Shown: piece after piece, positions 30,125-39,786 of the stretch
How positions within the stretch are numbered: position 1 is the stretch's first letter
Layout: the number at the start of each line of letters is the position of its first letter
Assembly (NCBI GenBank): GCA_963666055.2
Contig: CAXWPH010000009.1
Span: 1 to 64,000, forward strand
DNA from: Acidobacteriota bacterium
Lineage (GTDB): Bacteria; Acidobacteriota; UBA890; WLXD01
Direction: 5' to 3'
Length of the DNA: 64,000 nucleotides
Translations under genes and position numbers: made by a program
Notes under the pieces: generated by a model
What the model was told of the DNA's origin: nothing
The model's database searches: none
What the model saw: the letters and a program-made list of their open reading frames with translations, nothing else

Positions 30125-30288
30125 AGTTCGCCCCCACCCGGTGTCGGTTGCCCCCCAACCGACACGAGCACGCTATCGTTGTAATCGGCGTTTGGCAACC
30201 GGTTGGCGCGACCATTTGCGCCCTTTCGGCTGCCTCCCTATACTTACTCGCCTATCTTGTCGCTAACGTTTCTTCAGCCCTCGAGACG

Positions 30289-30813
30289 ATGGACTCCGCG
30301 CCTACCCAGCGCCCGCGCAAGTTGCGGCCGACCGACGTGCTCAAGCACGAGCACCGACAGATAGAAGAACGCCTGCAGGTGCTGTCGTCGGCCCTGAAAT
30401 CGCTCCGTAACCAGGGGTCGGATGCCGAGATCCTCGACCGGATCGAGGAGGTGGCGCAGTACATCGATCGCGAGATGGCGGTACATCATCGCAAGGAAGA
30501 GGAAGGGCTCTTCCCGTTGCTGGCACGCTACCTTGACGAGGATCTCCACCTAGACGGCCGCATCGCTGATCACGAAGACCTCAAGATCATGAGCGGCAAG
30601 TTCAAGCAAACGCTCGAGGAATGCCGCAGCACCAACGATCATTTCGCCGCCCAGATGTTGAGGGGTTACGGCCTCTACATCGTCCATCTCGTGCTCGAGC
30701 ATCTGCTCAAAGAGGATGAGATTCTCTTCCTGGTTGCCGACCGCTATCTCAGCGACGAGCAAGAGGACGAGATCTTGCGGCGGTTCGGCGAGATCGAAGC
30801 GGCCGTTTCCTGA
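30289..30813 (+). CDS. hemerythrin (HHE) domain protein
   Basis: Motifs LKHEH, HHRKEEEGLFP, DHE, EHLLKEDEILF. Confidence 0.85.
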   Translation: MDSAPTQRPRKLRPTDVLKHEHRQIEERLQVLSSALKSLRNQGSDAEILDRIEEVAQYIDREMAVHHRKEEEGLFPLLARYLDEDLHLDGRIADHEDLKIMSGKFKQTLEECRSTNDHFAAQMLRGYGLYIVHLVLEHLLKEDEILFLVADRYLSDEQEDEILRRFGEIEAAVS

Positions 30814-30880
30814 TCGGAACCGTCACCCGTCTCCCCTTCTCTATCGATTCCTCGGACCCCGTGCCTTGTGTCGCGTCGTC

Positions 30881-30916
30881 TCTATGGATACCATACCCCC
30901 CTATGGTATCTATAGA
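30881..30916. promoter_or_regulatory. CsoR-type operator
   Basis: TCTATGGATACCATA-CCCCCC-TATGGTATCTATAGA: AT-rich inverted repeat flanking a C6 tract, directly upstream of csoR. Confidence 0.85.
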
Positions 30917-30942
30917 GACCTCCCGGAGCAGCGTGACACACG

Positions 30943-31227
30943 ATGAGTAGTCCTCCCCACGGAGCGCCGCATCACGACGAGATCCGTCGGCTGCGCCGCA
31001 TCGAAGGGCAGATCCGAGGTCTGCAGCGAATGATCGACGACGATCGATACTGTATCGACATCCTTACTCAGATACGTTCCGCCCAGCGCGCCCTGCAGCG
31101 TGTGAACGATTCGATCCTCGAGCGTCATTTGCTCCACTGCGTAGTACAGGCGGCAGAGAGCGGCAGCGAGCGTGTACGCGATGAGCGCGTGCGCGAGGTA
31201 ATGCAAGTGCTGGAGCGTGGGCGGTGA
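30943..31227 (+). CDS. csoR: copper-sensing repressor
   Basis: [15 protein letters not shown]...YCIDILTQ...HLLHCV (C-H-C ligands). Confidence 0.92.
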   Translation: MSSPPHGAPHHDEIRRLRRIEGQIRGLQRMIDDDRYCIDILTQIRSAQRALQRVNDSILERHLLHCVVQAAESGSERVRDERVREVMQVLERGR

Positions 31228-33476
31228 GCGTGGTAGGTGCCACCGTCCGCACTTTGCCGGTACGCGGCATGCACTGTGCCTCCTGCGCCGGTAACGTGGC
31301 CCGGGTACTGCAGGCTCTGCCGGGCGTGAACGATGCGACCGTCAACCTGGCGACCGAAAGAGTTCGCGTGGAATTTGACGCCAGCGACGTTGAGCTGTCC
31401 ACCCTGGCGGAGGCAGTGTCATCCGCCGGCTTCGAGCTTGTTACAGAGCCCGCGATCGCGACCTCCTCCGCTGCCGAAGCCAGCACTCCGGCAGCGCTAC
31501 GCGAGGCCCAGGGACGCGTCTTCTTCGCCTGGTTGTTCACGCTGCCGATCATGCTGATCATGGCGGGCAGCTGGGCATTCGGCAGCCCCTGGCCCGATCC
31601 GTTACTGCACAAGCTGCTGATGCTGGTGTTGGCGCTTCCGGTACTGTTCGTCGTCGGCATCGAGACGCTGTCTAGTGCGATGGCGGCGGTTCGTCGTCGC
31701 AGCCCCAACATGGATGTGCTCATCGCGCTAGGCACAATGGCGGCCTACGCTACCGGGCTGCTGGCCCTGTTCACGCCGATCGCCAGCTTCTCGGGCATCG
31801 CGGCGATGATCATGGCTTTCCACCTGACGGGTCGGTACATCGAAACCAAGGCCAGGGGCCGCGCCTCAGACGCGATCCGACGATTGATCGAGCTGGGCGC
31901 CAAGAGTGCGCGCATCGAGGTGGACGGACAGGAGCGGGAGGTGGGCATCGAAGACGTCGGGGTCGGCGACATCATGGTCGTCAGGCCGGGCGAGCGCGTG
32001 CCTACGGACGGCGTCGTCGTCGCAGGAAGCAGCGCCATCGACGAGTCCATGGCAACGGGAGAGCCGCTGCCGGTCGTCAAGCAACCGGGCGATGAGGTCA
32101 TCGGTGCAACGCTCAACCAGCGTGGCCGCTTGCGGGTGCGCGCCACGCGCATCGGCGGCGATACTTTTCTGGCGCAGGTGATCCAGCTGGTCGAGCAATG
32201 TCAGTCGACGAGGGTTCCGATTCAGCTACTCGCCGACCGCGTGACTGCCGTGTTCGTCCCCGCGTCGCTGTTGATCGCGTCGCTCACGTTCATCGCCTGG
32301 GTGGTCGCACCGGGGCCCCTCGGCACCGTGGCGCGCGCCGCAGCAGCCGTATTCCCCTGGGTGAACCCGGATCTGGGTGTCGTCTCGCTGGCCGTGTTCG
32401 CCGCCGTCGCCGTGCTAGTCATCGCCTGCCCCTGCGCTCTCGGCCTCGCCACCCCGACGGCGCTGATGGTGGGAACCGGACGCGCCGCGGAGAACGGTAT
32501 CCTCTTCCGCTCCGGAGCGGCGCTGCAAGCCCTGGTGGACGCCGACGTGATCGCCTTCGACAAGACCGGCACGTTGACCGCCGGCAGCACTCAGCTGACC
32601 GGCATGACCGTCACGCCGGGCTACGATGAGAACGAGGTTCTGAGGCTGGCCGCGGCGGTAGAAGACGCCTCGGAACACCCGCTGGCCGCGGCGGTTGTCG
32701 ACGCCGCACGCGCACGCGGGCTCGATCTCCCGCCCGCCGACCATTTCGAGGCCATTGTCGGCCGCGGCGTGGTAGCTCGAGCGCTCGACAGAGAGATCGT
32801 CGTCGGGAGCCCGATCATGATGCTCGAGCGCGGCATCGCGCTCGGGGCGCTAGAGACCGAGGCGACTCGGGTGGAGAACGCCGCCGAGACCGCCATCGCT
32901 GTGGCTATCGACGGGAAGTTAGCCGGATTGCTGGCGATCAGTGATCCGCTCAAGGACGATTCCGCGGCGGCGATCGCGCAGTTGCGCCAGCTCGGCCTCG
33001 AGCCGTTGATGCTTACCGGTGATAACGAGCGCACCGCCCGCGCGATCGCCGCGCGAGTCGGCATTACCGAAGTGGAAGCTGGCTTGCTGCCCGACACCAA
33101 GTTGGAATGGATTCGTCGGCGTCAAGAGGACGGCCAGAAGGTCGTCATGGTGGGCGACGGAATCAACGACGCCCCCGCTCTCACCCAAGCTGACGTCGGC
33201 GTCGCCATCGGCACCGGCACCGACATCGCCATCGAGGCGGCCGACGTCACCGTGGTGCACGGCGATCTCGATTCTGTCGTTCGCGCCGTGCGAATCGCCC
33301 GTCGGACGTTTACGATCATCCGCCAGAATCTGTTCTGGGCTTTCTTCTACAACATCGTGGCCGTGCCTATCGCCGTGCTCGGATTGCTACATCCGGTCAT
33401 TGCCGAGATGGCGATGGCGCTGTCGTCGTTAACGGTCGTTGCCAACGCGCTGCGTCTGCGGCAACAGAGCTTCTGA
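31224..33476 (+). CDS. copA: Cu(I)-translocating P1B-type ATPase
   Basis: Motifs [38 protein letters not shown]. Confidence 0.95.
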   Translation: MSVVGATVRTLPVRGMHCASCAGNVARVLQALPGVNDATVNLATERVRVEFDASDVELSTLAEAVSSAGFELVTEPAIATSSAAEASTPAALREAQGRVFFAWLFTLPIMLIMAGSWAFGSPWPDPLLHKLLMLVLALPVLFVVGIETLSSAMAAVRRRSPNMDVLIALGTMAAYATGLLALFTPIASFSGIAAMIMAFHLTGRYIETKARGRASDAIRRLIELGAKSARIEVDGQEREVGIEDVGVGDIMVVRPGERVPTDGVVVAGSSAIDESMATGEPLPVVKQPGDEVIGATLNQRGRLRVRATRIGGDTFLAQVIQLVEQCQSTRVPIQLLADRVTAVFVPASLLIASLTFIAWVVAPGPLGTVARAAAAVFPWVNPDLGVVSLAVFAAVAVLVIACPCALGLATPTALMVGTGRAAENGILFRSGAALQALVDADVIAFDKTGTLTAGSTQLTGMTVTPGYDENEVLRLAAAVEDASEHPLAAAVVDAARARGLDLPPADHFEAIVGRGVVARALDREIVVGSPIMMLERGIALGALETEATRVENAAETAIAVAIDGKLAGLLAISDPLKDDSAAAIAQLRQLGLEPLMLTGDNERTARAIAARVGITEVEAGLLPDTKLEWIRRRQEDGQKVVMVGDGINDAPALTQADVGVAIGTGTDIAIEAADVTVVHGDLDSVVRAVRIARRTFTIIRQNLFWAFFYNIVAVPIAVLGLLHPVIAEMAMALSSLTVVANALRLRQQSF

Positions 33477-33521
33477 GCACTGCGCCCTCGCATGTGCCCA
33501 CACCCCTATTTCGATCGGCTG

Positions 33522-34592
33522 CTACATATCCAACAGCATCGCCTCGACGGTAAGCCCAGGTCCTAGCCCGATCGCCACGCCAGGCCCAGTGCGCTTCTGG
33601 TCGCGTGCGGCCGCGAGAATGAAACCGATCGTGGCGGAGGACATGTTGCCGTAGCGCTCGAGGACTCTCCGCGACAGGGCCAGCATTCCGGCGTCCAAAT
33701 CCAGCGCCTCGGCAAACGCGCCGAGAACGCGCGGACCACCCGGATGTATGGCCCATGTCTCGACCTCATCAGCACGAATACCCTGCGACGCGAGCCAGCC
33801 GAGCAGCCACTGGGCGGCGCCATCTCGGACCAGTGTGGGTAGGTTGGGCGACAACGTCATCTCGAAGCCGTGATCGCGAATCCGCCAGGTCATGGCGTCG
33901 GAGCTGTCCGGTAACAGGATCGACCCCTGCGCCAACACGCGAATAGCGGACCCCGAGCCTCCGACCACAAGAGCCGCAGCGCCATCAGCGAACAGGGCGT
34001 TGGCGACGAGCTTCTCGGAATCCCACACGTAGCTGTAGTGCAGGCTGCACAACTCGACAGCACATACCAGTATGCGGGCCTCCGCGTTACTCCGTGCGAT
34101 CGGACGTGCCAGCGCCAGCGCGTTGAATAGGCCGTGGCACCCCATGAACCCGAGGTGGGCCCGGGTGACCTCGGGGTTGAGCCCGAGCCTCGAGACCAGG
34201 CCGGCGTCGAGCCCCGGAGCAAAGAGACCCGTGCACGACACCGTCAACAAATGGCTGATCTCGCCCGGCAACACACCGCCATCGGCAAGCGCGCGCCGTG
34301 CAGCAACGTCACCCAAGTCCACCGCGTGCCGCTCGTAGGACTCCATCCGATCACCGGTCGACGGGCCGCGGTAAGCTTCGCCCTGGCGCGGCGGATAGAA
34401 CCGCTGCCATGGCCTCGTCGCTGATTCGAGCAAGACGCTATATCGACGTTCGATCCCGGTTCGGCGGAAGAGCGTGCGCAACACACGGCCCTGTCGCGAA
34501 TCGCGGCACACCAGCTCGGCGCTCAGCGCCGCAGCGTCGTCCTGAGCGATTGCCAAGCGCGGCAACGCCGTGCCGATGCCGCGGATATTCAC
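33522..34592 (-). CDS. type III polyketide synthase
   Basis: Catalytic GFMGC, IHPGG, YGNMSS; GPGLTVE; GTGA overlap with the upstream gene. Confidence 0.93.
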   Translation of the reverse strand: MNIRGIGTALPRLAIAQDDAAALSAELVCRDSRQGRVLRTLFRRTGIERRYSVLLESATRPWQRFYPPRQGEAYRGPSTGDRMESYERHAVDLGDVAARRALADGGVLPGEISHLLTVSCTGLFAPGLDAGLVSRLGLNPEVTRAHLGFMGCHGLFNALALARPIARSNAEARILVCAVELCSLHYSYVWDSEKLVANALFADGAAALVVGGSGSAIRVLAQGSILLPDSSDAMTWRIRDHGFEMTLSPNLPTLVRDGAAQWLLGWLASQGIRADEVETWAIHPGGPRVLGAFAEALDLDAGMLALSRRVLERYGNMSSATIGFILAAARDQKRTGPGVAIGLGPGLTVEAMLLDM

Positions 34593-35734
34593 GACAATAT
34601 CGCCGGAGCCTGCGACCGCGGCGTCACGAACCGACCCAGGTTCGGCCGGACACGCAGTGTACGAAGCGCTAGCGCTCCGATTCGAGGCCACTCTGCCAGC
34701 AGCCCGACGGCACGGCTAAGCCGCTGACGACGGCTGATCCAGCACCGCTGTTCGCGCTCCCAGCTGCTTGCCCGCGTCGGGCTCCAACGACCCGCCAGCT
34801 CGGCCGCCGCAGCCCCGGCACGACCACCTGCCTCGAGCGCCCAGCCGATGCCCTCCCCGGTGAACGGCTCCCAGAATCCCGCCGCATCGCCCGCCGCGAT
34901 GACCCGCCGCCGGGTGACGCGCGCCGGCCGGAACCGTAGTCCCGGGGTGCCGCGCCATGCACCGCGATCCGGCAATCGGGGCATTCCGGCGTCGCCAAAC
35001 AGCTGGTTCGCCGCGGCGACGAAGTCGGCCCCGGCCAGGGCTCGGCTTCGCAAGGAGGCGGCGACGTTGACGGTGCCATCGGCGAGACGAACGGCGCCTG
35101 CGTAGCCGGCGCCGCCAACTGCCATGTAGACGGTGCCGGGTTCAAATCCTTCCGCCTCGGCGGCGAAGGTCGCACCCACCCCGACGTACCGCGGCTTGCG
35201 CGCCGGCATGCGGCCGAGCGCGGTACCTGCCAAGCCGTCCGCCGCGATCACCAGACGCGCCCTTACCTTCCACGAACCATACGCAGACCGCAACGTGACA
35301 CACCTCCAGTGCACGGCGTCTTCATCATCCAGGCGCGCCGCGGCAGGGTGCAGCACCGCGACCCCGGCTGCCACAGCGCGCCGTGCGAGGCTCGCATCGA
35401 GCCAGGCGCGTGATACGGCGACCCCATCGCACAGCTGTAGCTCGGCTTGCTGCCCCCAGCCACCGATGGTCACTGCCCGAAGTGGCTCACCAACAGCATC
35501 GACGGGGATCCCGAGGGAACGCAGCTGAGCCAGCGACCCGGGCGACAGGCAGCAACCACAAACCTTGTAGCGTGGCAGCTTTGATCGCTCCACGAGCAAC
35601 ACACGCAGGCCGTCGCGTCGCGCGGCGATCGCCGCCGCGCACCCGGCGGGTCCCGCGCCGATGACCACGACGTCCCAGAGCTCCTCTGATCCGGGCATTG
35701 GCGCGGTCGGCACCGTCACGGCCGCGCTCGTCAT
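34589..35734 (-). CDS. FAD-dependent oxidoreductase/monooxygenase
   Basis: Motifs VIGAGPAG, KVCGCCL, IAADG, AGDAAGFWEPFTGEGI. Confidence 0.88.
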   Translation of the reverse strand: MTSAAVTVPTAPMPGSEELWDVVVIGAGPAGCAAAIAARRDGLRVLLVERSKLPRYKVCGCCLSPGSLAQLRSLGIPVDAVGEPLRAVTIGGWGQQAELQLCDGVAVSRAWLDASLARRAVAAGVAVLHPAAARLDDEDAVHWRCVTLRSAYGSWKVRARLVIAADGLAGTALGRMPARKPRYVGVGATFAAEAEGFEPGTVYMAVGGAGYAGAVRLADGTVNVAASLRSRALAGADFVAAANQLFGDAGMPRLPDRGAWRGTPGLRFRPARVTRRRVIAAGDAAGFWEPFTGEGIGWALEAGGRAGAAAAELAGRWSPTRASSWEREQRCWISRRQRLSRAVGLLAEWPRIGALALRTLRVRPNLGRFVTPRSQAPAILS

Positions 35735-36432
35735 CGAGGCTCGGCCAGCAACAGGTATCGGCGCGGCCAGTGTCGGCGGATGCGCACGCGCCGCAGGCCC
35801 GCTGCCCGTGCCCGCGCCACAACTTCGGCCGGTTTGAACGCGGCGCGTACGGAGCGCGGCCCGTCGGTGTGCACGATGCGCGACCGGCTCAGAAGGCGTG
35901 TTCCGACGAACGCGAGGAGAACTCCGGCTGCCCCACGCACGAGATCGTCGACTACCACGAGTCGACCAGCGGCTTGACGCATGCGCGCCAGCAGGCGGAC
36001 CGCGTCGGCGTCGTCGAGATGGTGGATCAGTAAGTTGCTCATGACAACATCGTAGCCACTCGGCAACTCGTCGATAAGGACATCAGCGACGCGAAAGCGG
36101 GCCGGAGTGCGCGACCGCGCCGCCGCTCTTCGTGCTTGATCAATCGCCAACGGGCTCATGTCCCAACCTTCGACTCGAAGTCGAACCCCGGCGGCCAGGG
36201 CGCACTGGTACAACCCCAGCGCTACATCGCCTGAAGCACAGCCCAGGTCGAGTACGCTGAGCTCGATCGAGCCAGCGAGCGCCTGAGACATCGAGCGCCA
36301 TATCGTGGATGGGACTCGCGAAAAGCGATTCACGCGAGCCAGCCCAGCGAGGGCCTGTCGATGGAAATTGGGGTCGAGGCCCGGCTGATCCATGACCTCA
36401 GGCACCACGACGCGACGGCGGAGTCCGAGCAC
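35731..36432 (-). CDS. SAM-dependent methyltransferase
   Basis: Motifs EVMDQP, VLDLGCASGD, YDVVMSNLLIHHL. Confidence 0.88.
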   Translation of the reverse strand: MLGLRRRVVVPEVMDQPGLDPNFHRQALAGLARVNRFSRVPSTIWRSMSQALAGSIELSVLDLGCASGDVALGLYQCALAAGVRLRVEGWDMSPLAIDQARRAAARSRTPARFRVADVLIDELPSGYDVVMSNLLIHHLDDADAVRLLARMRQAAGRLVVVDDLVRGAAGVLLAFVGTRLLSRSRIVHTDGPRSVRAAFKPAEVVARARAAGLRRVRIRRHWPRRYLLLAEPR

Positions 36433-36477
36433 GTCATGACTCTACAGCGCACCAGCGTCCCGTGCGGAAGCAGGTTG

Positions 36478-37116
36478 TCACGCGCCATGGCCTGCTAGCA
36501 GGCGAACACCCTCGACGCGCTGCCGGTACCTGTAGAGAACGCGGCGCACGTAGTTCTGGGTTTCGGCGTATGGCGGTATGCCGTCGTAACGACGCACCGC
36601 GCCCTCACCGGCGTTGTAGGCCGCCAGCGAGCGCTCGAGGTCTCCGTCGTATCTCTGCAGCAGCCCGCGGAGGTGGCGCACGCCAGCGTCCAGGTTCTGC
36701 CACGGATCGAAGGGCCTGTCGACGCCGTACTGGCGGGCGACATCCGGCATGAGCTGCATGAGCCCCATGGCGCCCCTCCGGGACACGGCGCGCGGGTTGA
36801 ACCCCGATTCCATCTCGACCAGCGACTCGACGAGCCGGTGGTCTACGCCACCACGCTCAGCGACGTCATGACTCAAGGAGATGAGCTCCGCAACAGCGAA
36901 CGTAAGGCGCAGGCGACCCGGCGGCCGGAAGGTCGTAGGCAACCGGCGGTGGCAACTCGAGTCCGTGGCGCTGTCGGTAATCACCATGGCGCCATCGTCG
37001 GTGGTATAGACGCAGGGCTCCGACATGCCCTGAGCGAGCGCCGCCGTCGAGGCCAAGCAGGCCATGAGCGCCGTCAGACAAGAAAGCCTGCCGACGCCAC
37101 TAGCGACGCTGGGCAC
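36478..37116 (-). CDS. lytic transglycosylase (SLT domain); start uncertain
   Basis: Motifs MESGFNPRAVS, GAMGLMQLMP, AAYNAGEG, ETQNYV. Confidence 0.9.
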   Translation of the reverse strand: MPSVASGVGRLSCLTALMACLASTAALAQGMSEPCVYTTDDGAMVITDSATDSSCHRRLPTTFRPPGRLRLTFAVAELISLSHDVAERGGVDHRLVESLVEMESGFNPRAVSRRGAMGLMQLMPDVARQYGVDRPFDPWQNLDAGVRHLRGLLQRYDGDLERSLAAYNAGEGAVRRYDGIPPYAETQNYVRRVLYRYRQRVEGVRLLAGHGA

Positions 37117-38398
37117 CACCAACCAGGCGACCCTCGAGCCACGAGAGATGCTGAGTGAGGTAACGGGCAATTTTCGGACGATCGGTTCCGCCCGCCGCGA
37201 GGAATCGATAGTAGTGGTCGACGGCGCGGTCGAAGTCACCGATTTCCTCGTAGACCAGACCCAGGTTGTAGTTGGCCAGCGGATCGTCTGGATTCAGCGC
37301 CAGCACCTGCATGAAGGCGCGCTCCGCGTCCTCGTAGCGTCTCCATCGAGTGAAGATCAAACCCTTGTTGGTATAGGCGTCGAGGCGTTCCGGATCCAGC
37401 GACAGGGTGCGGTTGAACTCGATCAGCGCGCCATCGTAGTTGCCCATGCCGTACAGCACCACGCCCAGGTTGTTATGCACCGACGCATTGTTCGGCTCGA
37501 CCGAGGCAGCCTGTCGCAAGTGACGCTCAGCTGCCTCCAAACGCCCTTGTTGCTCATACAGAACACCCATGTTTGCGTTGACCTTGGCGTTGTGCGGATC
37601 GTGCCGCAGCGCTCGCTTGTAGGCCTCCTCGGCGCGGGCCAACGCGCCCTCTTTCTGGGCACGCACACCCGCCGCAAAGGCGTCGCGGACTCCCGGATCG
37701 AGGAGCGTCTTACTCGAAGGGGGCACGCCACGACCGCGATCGGCAGCCACGTTTCCACCGGCCGACTCCCTGCTGCGGTCGGGCGCCACGCGCCTGGCGC
37801 TGGGAGCGGCTGGGCGGTTCGAAGTCAGGTCGATGTCGCTTCCGCGGCTCGAAGTTGCGGCTCGGTTCTCCACCTCGAGACTGAAGCTGGGCTCGGGTTG
37901 ACGTTCGCTCGCATTCGCGGACGCCGCCGGCATCTCGGGCAGGTTGGCCGAAAGGTCGTTCATCTCGTTGTTGGCTGCCGCCGGCGGCAGCGGCTTCGCA
38001 CCGGCCATCAGAGCGCCCGTGCCGAGGTCGCCGCCGGATGACTCGAGAGCGCCACCATGGGCCGCGTTCGGCGGCGGGAAGCGCACCGAATCACGCGGGC
38101 TCGCAGTGAGATCCGTCAACAGCGCACGGCCGTCGTTGGCTCGCGGGCCGGAGAAGCTCGGCTGCATCCACCACAGCACCGTCGCCACGACAGCGACGCC
38201 GGTAGCTGCCATTGCGCCGATCCAAACAGCCGGTCCAGGCTGGCGACGCATGGACGCCCGCGGGGCCTCGGGAGCGCTCAATCGGCGCAACAGCGCATTC
38301 GAGCCGTGCATCGGACCCGGATCCGGTACCACTGGTGCAGCGCCGCGACGCCGGTTCTCGTCCTGCACTCGCTTCAAGGCATCGAGGATGACACTCAT
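37100..38398 (-). CDS. GspB/ExeB-like N-terminus with C-terminal TPRs (MshN-like)
   Basis: MSVILDALKR start, one TM helix, about five TPRs (NNLGVVLY, YNLGLVYE). Confidence 0.8.
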   Translation of the reverse strand: MSVILDALKRVQDENRRRGAAPVVPDPGPMHGSNALLRRLSAPEAPRASMRRQPGPAVWIGAMAATGVAVVATVLWWMQPSFSGPRANDGRALLTDLTASPRDSVRFPPPNAAHGGALESSGGDLGTGALMAGAKPLPPAAANNEMNDLSANLPEMPAASANASERQPEPSFSLEVENRAATSSRGSDIDLTSNRPAAPSARRVAPDRSRESAGGNVAADRGRGVPPSSKTLLDPGVRDAFAAGVRAQKEGALARAEEAYKRALRHDPHNAKVNANMGVLYEQQGRLEAAERHLRQAASVEPNNASVHNNLGVVLYGMGNYDGALIEFNRTLSLDPERLDAYTNKGLIFTRWRRYEDAERAFMQVLALNPDDPLANYNLGLVYEEIGDFDRAVDHYYRFLAAGGTDRPKIARYLTQHLSWLEGRLVGGAQRR

Positions 38399-38405
38399 TG
38401 GCTTC

Positions 38406-39767
38406 CTAGCTCCCGGTGGCGTCGGCCACAGCGACCGCCTCGGCGTGGGCAAGCCCCGACTCCTTCAGCTTCGAGGCGGTCTCGCGTGCCGAGGCCTGAT
38501 CGTCGAATTCACCTACGGTGAGTCGATACATCGTGCCCATGCCGGGAACGTCGGCTCCGATCAGGAAGTGGACGTACCCAGCTTCGTGCAGACGTCCGCG
38601 CAACTCGAGGAGGTAGTCATCGTCGGGCTGCCGGAATGAGCTCAGATAAACCGTGAAGGGTTTCTGCGGCATCACCAGATCGACGACTACGTTGCCGCTA
38701 CCGAAGGTCACGTCGTTCGGTGCCGCGCTGAGGCTGCCCTCGGCGCGCGGCGTCGGCGGATCGGCGAGCGCTGTGGTCTGGTTGGCGCTCCAGGCAGCGT
38801 AGCTGCCGGCACCGAGCGCGGCAGCCAACACGATTCCGGCGAGCGCCTGTACCGGCTTCGCCGAGCGCGCCTGTGCCGGCGGCTGCGAGACCATGTGGAC
38901 GGGCTCCGGCCGCTCGATCGGCGCTGCGCCCGGCTCGGTCAAATCGAGTGTGGCGGCGGCTCGATCGATGATACCGGCATCGATCAGTCGAGTCTGCTGC
39001 GCGTAACCGGCAAGCAAAGCGCGGTCGCCCAGCAGGTTGACCAAGCGTGGCACACCTTCCGTATAACGATACAGACTGTCCAGGGCCGCGTCGTCGAACA
39101 CCACGTCGCCATCGCTACCGGCGATGCGAAGTCGATGGTCGATGTAGCGGCCGACCTCGTCACGCCCGAAGGGCTGCAGCGTGTAGCGAACGGAAACCCG
39201 CTGTGCCAGCTGGCTGAGCTCGGGGGAGGCGAGCAACCGCCGCAGGCCGAGCTGCCCGGCGAGGACAATCTGCAGCAGCTTCTGCTTCGAGGTCTCGAGG
39301 TTCGACAGCAGACGGATCTGCTCCATGACCGGCAGCGGCAAGTTCTGCGCCTCGTCGACGACGAGAACTGCGGCGCGACCCTGCATGCTGAGACCGATCA
39401 GATAATCGTTCAGCCGATCGACGAGCTCCTGTTTGCTCGCTTCCAGACCCTGCCCACCCTCGAACTCGGCCCGCGTGGCAACGCCGAAGTCCTGCAGGAT
39501 GATGCGCAGCAAGTCCTGCTCGGACAGGTACGGGTTCAGGACGATCGCCGTAACGATGTCGTCGCCGAAGCCATCGAGCACGGTGCGCAGCAGCGTCGTT
39601 TTGCCGGTGCCAGCTGCCCCGACAAAGCACATGAAGCCCTCGCGCTCACGCACACCGTAGCGCAGCAAATCGCGTGCCTCCGCGTGGCACCCCGAGGCAA
39701 AGAAGTACTTCGGGTCGGGGGTCAGGCTGAAGGGCTTCTCGATGAGCCCGTGGAAGTCTAGATACAT
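38406..39767 (-). CDS. ExeA/GspA/MshM-like AAA ATPase with C-terminal SPOR-like domain
   Basis: Motifs PFSLTPDP, GAAGTGKT, VDEAQNL, GVPRLVN. Confidence 0.92.
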   Translation of the reverse strand: MYLDFHGLIEKPFSLTPDPKYFFASGCHAEARDLLRYGVREREGFMCFVGAAGTGKTTLLRTVLDGFGDDIVTAIVLNPYLSEQDLLRIILQDFGVATRAEFEGGQGLEASKQELVDRLNDYLIGLSMQGRAAVLVVDEAQNLPLPVMEQIRLLSNLETSKQKLLQIVLAGQLGLRRLLASPELSQLAQRVSVRYTLQPFGRDEVGRYIDHRLRIAGSDGDVVFDDAALDSLYRYTEGVPRLVNLLGDRALLAGYAQQTRLIDAGIIDRAAATLDLTEPGAAPIERPEPVHMVSQPPAQARSAKPVQALAGIVLAAALGAGSYAAWSANQTTALADPPTPRAEGSLSAAPNDVTFGSGNVVVDLVMPQKPFTVYLSSFRQPDDDYLLELRGRLHEAGYVHFLIGADVPGMGTMYRLTVGEFDDQASARETASKLKESGLAHAEAVAVADATGS

Positions 39768-39786
39768 TGCTGGCCTCCGAAATCCA

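Noticed and set aside
30203-30220. sigma54 promoter TTGGCGCGACCATTTGC upstream of hemerythrin
   Set aside because: GG-to-GC spacing is 11 rather than the strict 10.
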